From contig CBFFRP010000234.1 in NCBI GenBank assembly GCA_965644295.1, positions 1 to 64,000 on the forward strand: DNA of 64,000 nucleotides, given 5' to 3'. Numbering within the stretch: the stretch's first letter is position 1; each line of letters starts with the position of its first letter. Below the pieces are notes generated by a model. That model ran no database searches and had not been told where the DNA came from. It saw only the letters and a list, made by a program, of their open reading frames with translations. Positions 38,601 through 52,230 of this stretch are shown here, in pieces. A program made the translations under genes and the position numbers. Source of the stretch: Paraphysomonas bandaiensis (taxonomy: Eukaryota; Protista; Chrysophyceae).

Positions 38601-41062
38601 TACTTTAACCCAATGTCAACTAGGTTATGAGGTTTCTCTAGATCTAGAAGTCGTGTTTTGAGCAGGCACAAATCATCTCCGGATGGACTGGAAGGAGTCT
38701 GGAGATGCCCAGAACCCATAGCTGTAGATAGCTCCAGAGAAAGAGCAGCTTGGGCTTGCATCTCACTTCTCAGCTCATCAACTGCAAGTAAAGAAGGTGG
38801 AGATTTTCTTAGCGTCATCTGTTCCGAGCACTCCTCTATCCACTCTGACCATTCTTCCCACGTGAACTGTGATCGTGTTGAGTCCAATAGAAGGTTCTCT
38901 CTACAACCATATTCAGTAGAGCAACAATTTTCAGAATTTATGCTGTTAAAAACACTTTCGATGTATTCCAATGTATGTGTTAATTCATTCTTGTGACTTT
39001 CTTTCAGTGAGTGTACGTGATCTACATGAGTTTGTAATTGACGGGCGTCTTCATAGGCACTAACTGCGAGCTCTTTTCTCTGTGCCACAAGCAAACTGAT
39101 TTCATCTGACGAGCAATCTTTCTGTGCAGCTCGTTCACGAATAGATTTTTGAATAGAGTGAATACGAGCTTTATTCGCGCGCATTGATTCGTAGAGTGCA
39201 GCACTTGAAACTGTGCCCCCGGATCCGTCATGAACTGAAGGTGTATTTTCAGAGGAGCTACAAGACATTATCGGAACGTCACACATGCCACTCATACTAT
39301 TCCTTGTATCAGATTGTGTCGGGCCACGCAACTGTGGTCCATCGGTGGGAATATTTTCAGTCAAAGATGAGTCCAAAATTGATAAGTGATGGTCAGATGA
39401 CTTCGACGAGGGAACTGAAAAGGAACGTAAAGATCTAGGTTCTCCACGTGTAGTCTTCAGTAATGTCTGTGGAGAATCTGTGCTATTTTCGTCAAACGGC
39501 TTTGGCAAATCCTCGGAATGACATTTAACATCGCAGCGAATTGTCACCAATACCCGTTCTACAACAGCCTCGAAACTGCTCCGCACATGTGTATACCGGT
39601 GCTGTGCCTCCTGGAGGGCTTGAAAACGACTGACGACTTCGGTCATTGGAATTCGCCGCTGCAGTGACGGAGCTGGTAATATACATTTATCGGTAATACT
39701 TCCCGCAACTAAATTTTCTACATTAATGAAAGCATACTGCATGTGCAACCTACCCGAAGATTGCGAACAGACTATAGAGAGTTTGATAGTATCATTGAGG
39801 CATTCCCCGTCGCTGTACCCACCAATAACATAAAGTGACCCTTCAAAAGCGGATAGAGTGTGTCCCTGTCGAGGACTAAAGCTGGCGCTGTTCGTAATTA
39901 GATACCATTTAACTGTGGAGTACCACCATTAGTTCTAAGCTCTGCTGCGAACGAAAAAAATGGAGAGCACGGTATAAATATACTATAAATTCGCTACACT
40001 ATGATTCACAATGTACGCACCACAGTCTATCGTTGCCCATATGTCACTTAGCTGCTCTTTTCCGTTGTAACCTCCACATAGGTATAAAGTTCCATCCAAT
40101 ACAGTAACAGCGTGGCCTTGCCGCCCCTCCCAAGGGGCCACCTCACAGACCTGAGTCCACACAAAACCATCTGACGATGCCCATATATCGCGAAATAGAG
40201 TCGTTCCATTACTGCCTCCACTATATATATTTCATTAAATTATATAGCATACTTTGTACAACGCACTGTTAAATGTACAATATTCATGTCAACATTATTT
40301 ACATTATGTATAATGTATCATTGAACGATACAGCGGTATGAAACATGCGAGCCTTCCATGAAGCTGATGGGCAGCAAAGAGTCCAATCATCCCCATCGTT
40401 GCTGGTCCAAACTAATATATTACAAAGACAGTATCACATCGTAAAAACAGCAGGATAAATAATTTATCTCACAGACCATCATTCAAGAAGGCGTCTCCCC
40501 AACCACCTAAGACATATAAATTGTCCCGGTGTACTACAGACGCATGCTGCCAACGAGGAGGCCACAGTGCGGAGTAACAAACCTTTGTCCAATTCATACC
40601 ATTCTCTGACCTCCATACGTCTAGCACAACACACTTTCTCAGTGAAATCTAATTAGATATATGAGAGAGCCCACCACTACGACAGAAATAGGGGTCGTCC
40701 GTCCCGCCAAGAACAAAACATGCATCTTTAAATATAACTGCACAATGACCATCTCTCCCAGGCCAACTACATAAACACATACTCTCATCCACGTAAATCC
40801 TGTGAGGAGAGCGACTGACCTGGCATCAGGGCACAAACAACTCCACTCATTGTCATCTAGTCGCCAAACATCATTGAAGTTTTTCGCATGAACTGAATAT
40901 GAAATTAAACAGTCGCAGTGTCATCAAGAGACTGTAGTTACCCGTATCAAACCCTCCCAATATATGCAGCTTATTCCTCCATACAACACAAGTGTGCTTC
41001 CGGCGCTGAAGCCAAGGACCACTGCAGATGTACTCACTGACAACATTGCAAGTGCTATCCAT
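35690..41062 (-). CDS. Kelch-repeat + coiled-coil + protein kinase + HECT E3 ubiquitin ligase fusion
   Basis: Six Kelch repeats (R.xH....lyv.GG...ND(V/I)W) at 39790-41062; coiled coil; kinase VVLKGF / EREI / HKDIKPSN / DFD / APE / SDMYSVG at about 36890-37930; HECT FEGEAGVDEGG...FVTGS...LPIAHTCF...FEIV*. Canonical introns join the exons in frame. Confidence 0.88.
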
Positions 41063-41501
41063 GACGAGGCGTCAATACATTACACAGTTTTAATATTGGA
41101 GGTATGATCTTAGAGATTGAAAGTACAGGCAGGTTCAGTATGTGTACAGCAGTACCAACCTGCTGTATCTAGTTCTCACTCCAGTCCGCTTCAATATACA
41201 GACAACCACATCAAAACTGAAGATTTTTTCGAATTTTCTCTTCATAAAATGAGACCAAAACTCTTTTTTCCCTGTTTTTAGGAATATTTCCTTGTGTTTT
41301 ATATGGATGTATTGAGGTACGAGTGCAGAGGTATGAGTGGTCAACTGCACTGTCCATGCCACAGCACTCACTCTGCAGAAATTCTCAGTTATCTACCCTC
41401 CAAGACACGCTTCCTAGTTGCTTCTCAGCTCGCAAATTCATAGCCGTGTTAAGAATAAAATATTTTGATAGGATAGCGAGAGCTGGTTGTATAATTGCAC
41501 T

Positions 41502-42620
41502 ATGCAACATCTGGACGAGCTCATACACTGCAGCCCACAGATATGGTACGATTTATTCTCAAAGCACGCTATCAAGGCTCGGTTTATTCCAGTATCAGAT
41601 GAATTTATTTCGTATCTGAGTGCAGACGGGTTGGTTCTTCCTAAAAACTCACATGTAGCTCTGCTGGGGCGAGATGAATTATCAGATGATGAGGAACTCA
41701 AAAGTGTGGAAGATGATGAATGCACACGCCCTGTGTTTGATGAATTGAATAATGCGATAACTACAGCTATCAGCGATTTTGGTGGGAAAGTTTTCGTGAA
41801 GCTGAGTTGGAATTCGGCTGTTGATGCGGTGTGGATAAATGGGGGTTCGGCTCAATGCTGCTCTGCTGGAGATGTGTACATGCTTTTGAAATCGTCTTTG
41901 AAGGTATGTTTTAATTGTAGTGGTTTAAATTTTAAAATTGAGTTGCTATTTCATATAGATTGCAGATAGTATCGAAGTTGCGCAGAGTTTAGATACAAGT
42001 GACCTTAGGGAACCAGCTCTCGTGATTAAGAAATGGTCCAACCTTCATCCATCCATGGAGTACAGGTGTTTTGTCAAAGACCGAAGTATGATAGGTTAGA
42101 GCACTTATATGTGCTATTGTATATACATTAATGCGATCATGTTCATAGGAATCAGTCAGCGCAATTGCTCGACGTATTTTGAATTTTTAGCCGACGATGC
42201 ACATCGTATAAAAGAAGTCATATTTTCTTTCTTTTCTACTCATGTTCAACCATCTGAATTTCCCCTAAGCTCGTGTAAGTTAATAGTGTTTTATCGACAA
42301 TACGTATTTGTGACGAAATGTTTTTTATAGATACAATAGATGTGTACGTGGATAAAAAGAACAGAGTATGGATTGTAGACTTCGGTCTATTTGGGGACGC
42401 AACAGACTCTCTCTTGTATTCATGGGAAGAACTAAATGACATCGATACAAGTGAATGTGACATACGAGTAGTCATGTCTCAGAACGAGGTGCTCCCACAT
42501 CAGGCTGGGTCTACCCGTGGTCCCGTTGATATGACCGAGGTTCAGGATCCCATTAGTTTAATGATGCAAATAACGAAAGGCCAGATGAAACAAGATAGTT
42601 CAAGTGATGACGAGTCTTAA
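41502..42620 (+). CDS. CDC123: Cell division cycle protein 123 (ATP-grasp eIF2 assembly factor)
   Basis: CSPQIWYDLF, EFISYLSADGLVLP, VFVKLSWNSAVDAVWI, LLKSS, KKWSNLHPSMEYRCFV, GISQR, DVYVDK..VWIVDF, DSLLYSWEEL; three introns. Confidence 0.9.
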
Positions 42621-43904
42621 TTAGTTAATAAAATGAAGTTATTAAAATAGTTAATGTAATATTTGAATAAGTTCTTTCCTTGTCACGCGTTCGACTTGTT
42701 CGCTGCACAAAAGAACTAAATGTTCGCATTGGACATTTCACTGAAGTTAACTTTGCTCTACACGTAAACCTTAACCTAGCTGTTGAACACAATGCACTTT
42801 CAAGTAAGAAATTATGATTATTATTCTGAACACTTCACTACATATTCGTGTAACATATGTTGAAACATCTGTTCTTAGCAACATCTGTTTATCATATGTT
42901 CATCAGTCAGTTCTATATCTTGTATATAGTCACACATCAGTAACTGAATTTAATTCCTTTGTAACTATAATCACCCGTTACACCTATGAGTTGACTTTAT
43001 CTATTGCACACTGTTAACTCACTTCAATTGCACAATATATATCACATCATATTGCAGAACTCAACACTAAATACTAAACTGCTACCTTCTACATTCTACA
43101 TTATTTAGTTACAGCAAGAGGAAGCCATTGTTTAACTTCTAAATACACTATGATGATACTAATAGAATATGTGTTTGATTCAGATAATTAACCGGGATGA
43201 TGCTCCAAAAGCCTATACTAAGCAGTAAAAACCTTTGACCTTTGACCTTTGTATAATTAAAGCTTTAACGACATCTGTGTATGTTCTAGTCGTTTATTTT
43301 GGTTGCTGCCAGGCTTGACTAAAATTAAATGGCAATTAAGTAATTAAACCCAACTATAATAATTGTAATTTTTAACCAACTTTATTAAGAATTAGGAACG
43401 TCCGCAAAATTTAGTAGGAATAATATATATTTCCGACTACAAAGCTAACTGTATACTGTATACTAACGTACAGTATACAGCATACAAACTTATGCAGTTG
43501 AATTTCTCCATTACTTCGTTCATTCTCTACACTCATAATAGTCTACATTATTTTATATAGATAAACACACAAAAGAATCTAAAATAATTATGGCACTAGC
43601 AATAAACATAGTACTTCCGCTTTCTAAAACAAGTGACAGTTAGACTGCTACCTATACGAAATCGATTTCCTGTCGTCTAATACCTGACAACTCCAATAAG
43701 ATCAAACCAGTCAATTAATTAGTTACATTATGTGCGTACTGAGGGAACACAGAGTGTTTTGTCACATTGAAAGTATGCTTCGCCATTATCCACAGCACCA
43801 GCAAGCAAACTAACTCATAACCATCACATAGGTTTTGCCTACACATGAAGATATCACAACGTGACGGACCCAGTTCTCATATACATGATATTACACTAAC
43901 TGAC

Positions 43905-44897
43905 TCAAGATTTCTCTGTGGCCTTCTGCTGAGGGTACTTATTGTACCCTCCCCTGCCGCCTCGTCTACCCCCTTGGTTCTGACGGTTGTTTCCCCATCC
44001 ACCTCTTCCACCTCCCCGGCCGTGATACCCACGTCCTCTGCCGCCCCGTCCTCCGCGGCGATAATTGTGTCTTTGCAAAGCGATGGCACCGAAGGTGTCT
44101 TGATTGAGCGACCGCTCCTCGCCAGGTGTCAAGCGATCTTTCCTTCTGTCCCCATCCAGGGCAGAGCACGAGAGAGTATCGAAAAAGTTGTCCTTGTTGT
44201 AACTTCCACCCACAGTGCTACCACTCTTGCTTGCTTCCTCCGCAACTTCGGCGAGTACTTCTTCTTTTTTGAAGGATGTCAAACCTGCATTGAAGTCGAA
44301 GTCTCCCTGAGGTTTCACGGGAGCCGCAGAACCATTGGCTCCAGTTCGCTCACGCAACTTCAACAAATGCTCGCCTGTCCCAGCTGCAGGTGCGGGGCCA
44401 CGCCCTCCACCAGCGTTTCCGCGCCCTCCGCCATGTCGTCTCTGTCTGTCTCCACCACGTCCACTTTCAGAATTCCGCTGGTTCGATCGCTGGTTATCTA
44501 TCTTACTCTTGGTTTCATTGCTAGCCGGGGGTGCAGGAGGGGCGGATGTATCTTTTTGTGGAGGAGGAGTGGGAAGATTAGCAGCCGAGTTTTCCTCCTG
44601 TTGTCCGGGCTCATGAACATATAGATCTTTTATTTCGTTTCCAGGAAAACTCACGAACGCCAATACGTTATCACTAACAGGAACAAATTTTTCTGCAGGA
44701 CGATCCTCAGTCCCAAAACACAACACTGTTCACAATACTTATAAGCCTTTTCATTATGATAGATTATGTGTCTCACCGTTTTGCAGGACAATAGAAGACT
44801 CCGACTGATTTATACTGAACAAGATCCCCTCATACCTCACATCTTGAGAGGAAATCAGTGATATTTGGCTTCCAAGCAAGTTATCAAGTTCTGCCAT
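43905..44897 (-). CDS. LSM14: LSM14/Scd6 P-body protein
   Basis: LGSQISLISSQDVRYEGIL, FGTEDR, DFDF, FFD, NQDTFG boxes, RGG tail; one intron at about 44727-44777. Confidence 0.92.
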
Positions 44898-45254
44898 TAT
44901 TAGGTATCTACGTTAGCTTGAGTTGTTAACACGATAATGACACTGTCAACAAGCAGACACATCTGCTCGATCGTTCTCTCAATCTACAGTACATCACAAT
45001 ACAGTCGACTCATCATCCCTGTTTTTGTGCATGTTTTCAACACACTTATTTGAGACAAAAGATCCAAAGGACACAAACTGAAAATGGAATGGATGAAAAA
45101 GTAGTCGTTGAATTTGAGAGGGTTATTTTTGGGATCATTGCACCATATATGCATCTATATATATGTACATGACATACTCTCATTGTCATTGTTAACTGCG
45201 TGCAATCAAAGTCAATCCACAGTGTGCAATTAAAGTAAATTCTAAGTCACACAG

Positions 45255-45941
45255 ATGCCGGCTAATACCAAGAAGAACAGAACCAAGAAGAAGGCCCCTC
45301 GTAACGACGATGAGGAGAATATTTCTCCCATTGACATACAGTATAATCCTGATATCGTTGATGGGCTCCTCCAAGACATTGATTCTCAAGTCGAAGCAAA
45401 ATGTGCACAAATTAAAAAGGATATCGATTTCATGGCGACCTCAATTCAACAGGCCTTTCATTTGGAGCTCATAAAGCTTCCCAACCACGTCAAACAGATG
45501 TCATTAAAGCGTTTTCAGGAAGAATATGGCGATAGTCTTGAGGCTGTCACAAGAGGGGCAATTGGTGGACAGACAGGTGGTGCTTTTACAGCTAAAAAGG
45601 GAGCAAATAGCAGTGTATTTCAGACGCCTTCATCGTCTAAAGGGGTCAATCTTACAACCCCTGCAAGACATCCTAAAGAGGGTGAGGTTATTCTATCACG
45701 AAACGGATCACCCCTTGGAGTTTTCAACACTGTTGTTAAAGCTCCTAAGAATACATCTATTGTACCTCCAACCCCTGGTGTGTTTGTTCCCCTGAAAACG
45801 GGAGAGGTTGTTGACATGGAGTCCATTGAATCAATGCCGGACGAGTTGAAAGGGGAGGCAGTTCAAAAGATGCAAGATATGATAAGCAATATGCAAGCTC
45901 TAATGGCTAAGATTCAACAGCCACAAGGCGAAAGTATGTAA
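45255..45941 (+). CDS. CDCA8: Borealin/Nbl1-like chromosomal passenger complex subunit
   Basis: N-terminal helix LLQDIDSQVEAKC...ELIKLPNHVKQMSLKRF and motif RHPKEGEVILSRNGSPL. Confidence 0.75.
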   Translation: MPANTKKNRTKKKAPRNDDEENISPIDIQYNPDIVDGLLQDIDSQVEAKCAQIKKDIDFMATSIQQAFHLELIKLPNHVKQMSLKRFQEEYGDSLEAVTRGAIGGQTGGAFTAKKGANSSVFQTPSSSKGVNLTTPARHPKEGEVILSRNGSPLGVFNTVVKAPKNTSIVPPTPGVFVPLKTGEVVDMESIESMPDELKGEAVQKMQDMISNMQALMAKIQQPQGESM

Positions 45942-46835
45942 GTGAATGGTTATTTATTTCAACCATGCTATGTACTAGTTTTGTACCTTGCCCCAATATT
46001 AGTCAAACATCCCCATCCATGTGCAGTGTATACATTCGAATTGGAACAATAACAGATAAAATATTCAGCAATTTTAATATTTTACATCACCGATTGTATT
46101 TTGCCTCACAAATCATTTGAAATAGGCTAATCTTTATTAGTAATCGAAATGCTTATATATTTCCTAGTATTCAGCTGTAGGATTCAAGGATAGGGGACAA
46201 TATATTATAAATTCGATACAATGAAATAATTCCCTACTATTCCTGGGACACTATTATTGTAATTACACGGTAGCAGTAACACATTAATGTTGATTCAGAA
46301 ATTGAAACAATAACATGATGTAGGATAGAATTCATATCAGTAGCTCATGTAATATTATTTACAATTCCTGTACTATGTAGTACCTTAAAATACAGCTTTA
46401 ATTGCGTACTAATTAGCAGAGCTCAACATGTTAGAAGCAAAATTATATGTAAAGGGTAAGGGCCATTCTCATGTTTACGCGTTCGGTATAGTAATTTCGA
46501 GAGGTATTGGGAAAATACCTAATTATGTATTATATACAATATTATGTTCACTGTTGACATATACTAATGGTCTAATGGTTGTTAATTTGGTCGGGAATCT
46601 ACGAATATGCTGTGTTGCAATATTGAATATTGAAATATGAAATACCAAGTCTGATAAGGCATAAGAATAGCATTTCATATGTAGAGACAGTGCTGTACAC
46701 TAATGAACAAACCGTATATACGTATATACTAGTAGATGTCTTTACTTCCTATATAATCTTAAATATCGTACACTATTCATATATTAATCATATTACAAAG
46801 CATTATTTTTGATCGTATCCTAAACGTCCAACGAA

Positions 46836-49800
46836 TCAGTTATTTTGTTTTCGCTTGAAAATGCCTTTCGTTTTATCAGTCGACTTGTCAGACGACAGCG
46901 ACTCTGCGATACTAACTTCCAGTGCAGCAACCCTTTCTGCATACTTCTGCAGTCTACGCTTCAAAGAGAAAACTTTCTTCCTCTCTTCATCCGCTTCAGT
47001 TGCGTAAAGTGCTACGTTCATTTTGGCTTCGATTAGCTGTTCTATCAATTCATCAATTTCGTTCTTGGGCGTATCTCCTGTCACTTCGTTCAGATCCTCA
47101 GTTGTGTCAATAGTGGTTCCGGAGGTTTTATCTATATCTTGAGTAGAACTGGTATTCGAGTTTTCATATACATTCGCTTTATGACAAGCGATTGCTGCAG
47201 CCAGATCCGACTTAAGAGAACGAATCTCCCCATTCGCTGCATCAAGTGCTTCTTCCAACTCTTTTATCTGTCCTCTAAGTATTTCATTTTGGCTTTGTAG
47301 CAAAACGTTTTCTTCGTCCAGTGCAATTTTGTCCTTCAAAGCCGATGAAGCCTTAGCCTCTGCGGCCACACATTTGTCCTCTAGACTAGCCGATGAATCC
47401 ACAGATTGAACGGGTCGCTGCAATTTTAACTCGTGTAATTCACTAGTAGCGGCGGCTAGGTCAGCCACCAAACACTCCTCACGCTTGAGTGCTTCTCTGT
47501 GAGCCGCTGCAGCCTTTTCCTCGTTGCCTTCCATGTGTTCTACTGTTACCTCCAATCGACGACATTCTGCTCTCGTGGTGGAAAGCTCAGACTCAAGAGT
47601 TGTTAGTCTTGCCTGCAACTCGTTACGCTCCGCCTGCAATTCTTCAACGATGCCCATCTGTACTTCTAAATTCATAACCTCTTGTGATTTCACCTGATCA
47701 TTCACCTCCGGGCTGCCTGCGGAATTACGATCCAGTGATAGCTTTTCCAACTCTTCTGTTGCGCTTCTTAAAGAGTTGTCAAGAGTGGCATTACGCTCCT
47801 CTAGATCTTTCACAAGGGACCGACTTTCGTTATCCGATAGAGTTAAAGCACTAATATCAGCACTTAGTGCACCTATCTGAAGTTCCAAAGCAGATTTCTC
47901 AGAGGTGACTTCATCAAGCTTGGTCTTCATATTCTCACACTCTGCCTTCAGTAATTCCACCTCTTTCTCTCTTGCAGCGAGGGCTGTGGCGTTTTCAATC
48001 GCCTTCTCCGCAGCATTATCGTGGTCACGAGTCCTTGACTCCCCCGCCTCCTTTGCTGCACAGAGCTCTTCTTCCAGAGTAGCCTTTTCAATTTGCAGAG
48101 TCTTAACATCTTCCATACTTTCTGCGATTGTAGTCTCTAGCACGGATATTGAACTCTCCAGCTCTTGGATATGTGTCTTCTTCTTGGTGTCAGATTCAGT
48201 CAGCGCACCGATATCCGTGGATAGTGATTCAACTTGCTGCACAAGAGAGCACTTTTCAGCGGCAATTTCATCAAGCTGTTTCTTAAGGGAATCTAAATCC
48301 CTGGTAACGTTTTCTACCTCTACCTCCCTCGCGGACAATGCTGTGCTCAATTTTAAGGACTCCTCTAACGCCGTATCTCGCTCGCGGGTTATAGCTTCAA
48401 GTCTTTCATTCACTTCTCCCAGCTTTTCAACGAGAGTATCACGTTCCAGGCGCATTTCTTGTAAATCTCCAACGCCACCTTCTACAGATTTTTCAAGCAC
48501 AAGGCTGGATTCTTCGAGTTCGTCAATGCGTTTCTTACTCTCCGCATGTAATTGAGTCATTGCACTTAAGTCCGTTGTTAGAATCGCCACCTTCTGCTCC
48601 AAAGCACCTTTATCGACAGTGGCTTCTTTGAGGGAGTCTCTCTCAGACTGTAGTATGACGAGGAGCTCGTCTCGTTCTCTTGTTAATTCAGTCACGCTTC
48701 CAATCAGCTCAAGTTCACGAGTACGCAGTCTTTCGCACTCTACTCTGAGAACGGATACGTCTGCCTCGTACTTGTCCAGCCGCCCAGAAAGAGTACACTT
48801 CTCTTCATTTATTTCTGCAAGTTCAACGGAGTGGGAGTCTACTAGTTTACTATTTTCCTCCTCCAATTCCTTGATTTTTTCCATGCTGCTATTGTTTTTT
48901 TCATTCCCTGCAGTGACAGCATCCTCCAAAGCGCGTATCTCTTCTTCCGCATGTAGCAACTTCTGTTCGGCGCTTCGTTTTTCCTCTGTCACATTCACTA
49001 GCTTCTCCTGGGCCTCTGACAGATCTCTTTCCACCGAGCTCTTCGAGGCCATCAAAGAAGCAATCGCTTCTGCCTCCGACTGCTGACCACCAGCTATCTG
49101 TTCCTCAAGTCGATGCACTTCAGCAGATAGGGAGGAGTTCCTAGTTTGCAAAGAGGAAATATCCTCCCTTATATTCTCCAGTGTCGCAGAAAGGTCTCGT
49201 ATTTCTATTTCTCGAGCCGACATTAGTTTGGCTAGCTCACTGTTTTTCACTAACATTTCTGCAAGTTCTGTAGCCTGGCCAGTGTTCTCATTTTTCGCAA
49301 CAGTCAGTGCCGCACTCAAAGTATCAATTTCCTTTTCCTTGGCAGTTAATTTCGAAGACATATCCTCACACTGGACTTTGGAAGCGTCCAGCTCATTGGA
49401 AAGAGATGAGACTTTCTCTTGTGCCACATTGAGTTCTACAGTGAGGTCAGATATTTGTGACTCCTGTTTGGAAATAGTGGCTACATTTTCCCGTTCTTTC
49501 GCTGTCATGTCGGATACAGTCGATCCTTGGGTCAAGAGTTCCTCTTTCACAACTTTGAGGGACTCTGTCAGTTCGGCGACAGCAGAACTCTGAGTTAATA
49601 GTTCAGACGCTGTGGCATCATGCCTTTCCTCTACCTCAGAAAGGTTCACCGAAAGTGCATTTTTCTCCGCATTGAGATCCTGGTTTTGTTCCTGCAGTTG
49701 TTCTATTTCAGTCTTACACGACGTGACTTCACTCTCTAGGCGGATCACCTTCTGGAGGGTGGCCTCGAGATCAGCACTAAGGATTGCTTTATCTTCTTCC

Positions 49801-51684
49801 GCTTTCTTCAGTGATTCTGTGAGCCCCCCTATCTCCTCTGCCTTTTCCAATAGCGTGGACGCTGACTCTTCAAAGCGCTGTCGGAATGACGACGCTTCCG
49901 CGGCAGCAGATGTTTGATCTTGCTGTGTTGTTTCGAGTAAAGTCCGTAGTTCCGACAATTCATCATTTTTTTCTCTCAAAGCTGCTTCTAGCTGTGCTTC
50001 CTTCTGTTGCTGCAGTTCCTCTATTTCAGTCTTACACGACGTGACTTCACTCTCTAGGCGGATCACCTTCTGGAGGGTGGCCTCGAGATCAGCACTAAGG
50101 ATTGCTTTATCTTCTTCCGCTTTCTTCAGTGATTCTATGAGCCCCCCTATCTCCTCTGCCTTTTCCAATAGCGTGGACGCTGACTCTTCAAAGCGCTGTC
50201 GGAATGACGACGCTTCCGCGGCAGCAGATGTTTGATCTTGCTGTGTTGTTTCGAGTAAAGTCCGTAGTTCCGACAATTCATCATTTTTTTCTCTCAAAGC
50301 TGCTTCTAGCTGTGCTTCCTTCTGTTGCAGCAATATAATTTCCGCAGACATATCTTTGTTCTTATCTATAGCCTCAGAAAAAGCCTGTTCATTTTCTTTA
50401 ACTTTTGTTTGTAACAAAGCCAATTGCCCTTCCAGATCGACGCAACCCTTGCATCCCCCATCTGCCGCTGCACGTAGAACATCGAGTTGGGTGTTCATGT
50501 CCTGTACACCGCTCTCCAGTTCTACATTACGTTCAGTCAGATCTGCGATACTATTCTGTAGAGTTTTCAGTTCCAACTCCTGTGCAGCAGTCTGCTCCTC
50601 CAGCGCTGCTATATGTTCTGACATTTCTTCGGCGTGTTCCTCAGCAGTGTGCGCATCATTCTTCGCTGTTGCTAAAGCAGTTCGAAGTTTATCACTCTCA
50701 TCGCAAACAGAATCATAATTGCTCGTCACTTCATTTAATTTCTGCTTCAAAAGAGCAATCTCTGATAATGCTCCTGAGAGCTGGCTATCTGCCGATTGAT
50801 TGCCTGCAGTGAGTTTATCAGAGGCTGGAGACGAAGCGTTAGTCTGCCAAGTTACAGATACCAGGAGTTATCATAGTGTAAAGTGAAACAGAGACACATC
50901 ATACCGACTCCTCCACAATTTCTTCATCAATTACACTACTATCGTCTTTAGTCGATTCAAAATCAGCAGCATGCACTTGCGCATCTGAAAAGCCAGATTG
51001 CATTGACATCGTATCATCGAATGTACCCTCCGCCTATACGATACAGTTTATATTAAGGTGTAAATATGATAATTGACCATGTAATACCAACCTCCCCAAT
51101 AATTTTAGGTACGACAGACATGTGCACCACTGTGCCTGGTACCGAGCACTGAGAAAGAGTAAGAGACATTTCTGTCGCTGTATAGGCGGTAGCAATGGTG
51201 TCCAAGCGAAATGAAGCAACTCCAATGCCTTTATAAGTATCTCCTCCTAGCACACTTTTTTTCTTTAATCGTACCACAATCTTCCCTGTTTTCTCCTGCG
51301 AATATATGTAAACCAGCCAAACAGAGAGCAGAATATATCACACCTGAAATTTCTTGGTGGCAATATCTTTGTACATAGTTACTACCATTGATAGCGATTC
51401 ATCGTATGTGATTTCAGCAGAACCATCACTTTTAGTAGTTATGTTTCTATCATACGAGGACGCAATCTTCCCTCCTCGCTCAAAACATACGCTTATCTCT
51501 GACTCGGGAGTCACATCCTTTGATTTTTTTGGAAATACCACCGATTGCACTGTCGCATTTAAGAGAAAAAGTAATCATCAAGCAGTAATAACACTCATAT
51601 CAGTTAGTTACCTTGCACTTTAAAGAGGGTCTTCACGGTGGTGGTGTTGTGTCGTTTAACTAATTTGGCACCCTTCTTGAACAT
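46836..51684 (-). CDS. NT-C2 (EEIG1/EHBP1-type) domain protein with ~1300-aa coiled coil
   Basis: ISVCFERGGK...YDESLSMVVTMYKD...FQEKTGKIVVR...IGVASFRLD; four introns in the 5' part; long heptad ORF 46836-50750. Confidence 0.8.
49702..50329. repeat. Intragenic tandem duplication, 318-bp (106-aa) period
   Basis: QQKEAQLEAAL...SCKTEIE occurs twice; copies are nearly identical (I/T difference, gattctatg vs gattctgtg). Confidence 0.95.
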
Positions 51685-52230
51685 ATTTGGTATCGAATAT
51701 AATCCTATCTGGTCAGCTTGAATGAAGGTGCGGAATAATGCAAGCCTGACGTGACTATCACTCAGCTATGCTATCAGGAAAATTCGAGAGATTGATGTCT
51801 GAATGCAGCAATCTTCTTTGCATACATCAGAGTGTTCAATTCGCTGATGCTTTGCGGATGATGTGCGGAGGTAGACTATATGGGTGTGCAATGTGCCAAT
51901 AAAAAAAAAGAAGGAAGTCGAAGTGCAGAGTGTTGGGTCGCATATGTTTCTTTTCATATGTAGTCAGACAAAACAAATAGAGGGATAAGAATCCGAAATA
52001 AAGCAATGTGGTTGGACGAAGTATACAGATGTTATACTGTTGGTATACATTGCCGTGTATATGTTAACTGCTGCTGGTGATGATAATTAAGACATGCAAG
52101 CCGCCCATTAAAAATAAAACTGGATGCATGATTGTTGTGAGTGTATGTATTCATATTGCAAACAGCACGTTCATTATTTTATTCATAACCTCGCTATATT
52201 TGCTAACAGTGCATTCGTATTGCTGACGAT

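Noticed and set aside
43845-44624. 259-aa + strand ORF
   Set aside because: Antisense shadow of the GC-rich LSM14 exon.
47489-50812. Several Ser-rich + strand ORFs
   Set aside because: Antisense shadows of the Glu/Lys-rich coiled-coil gene.
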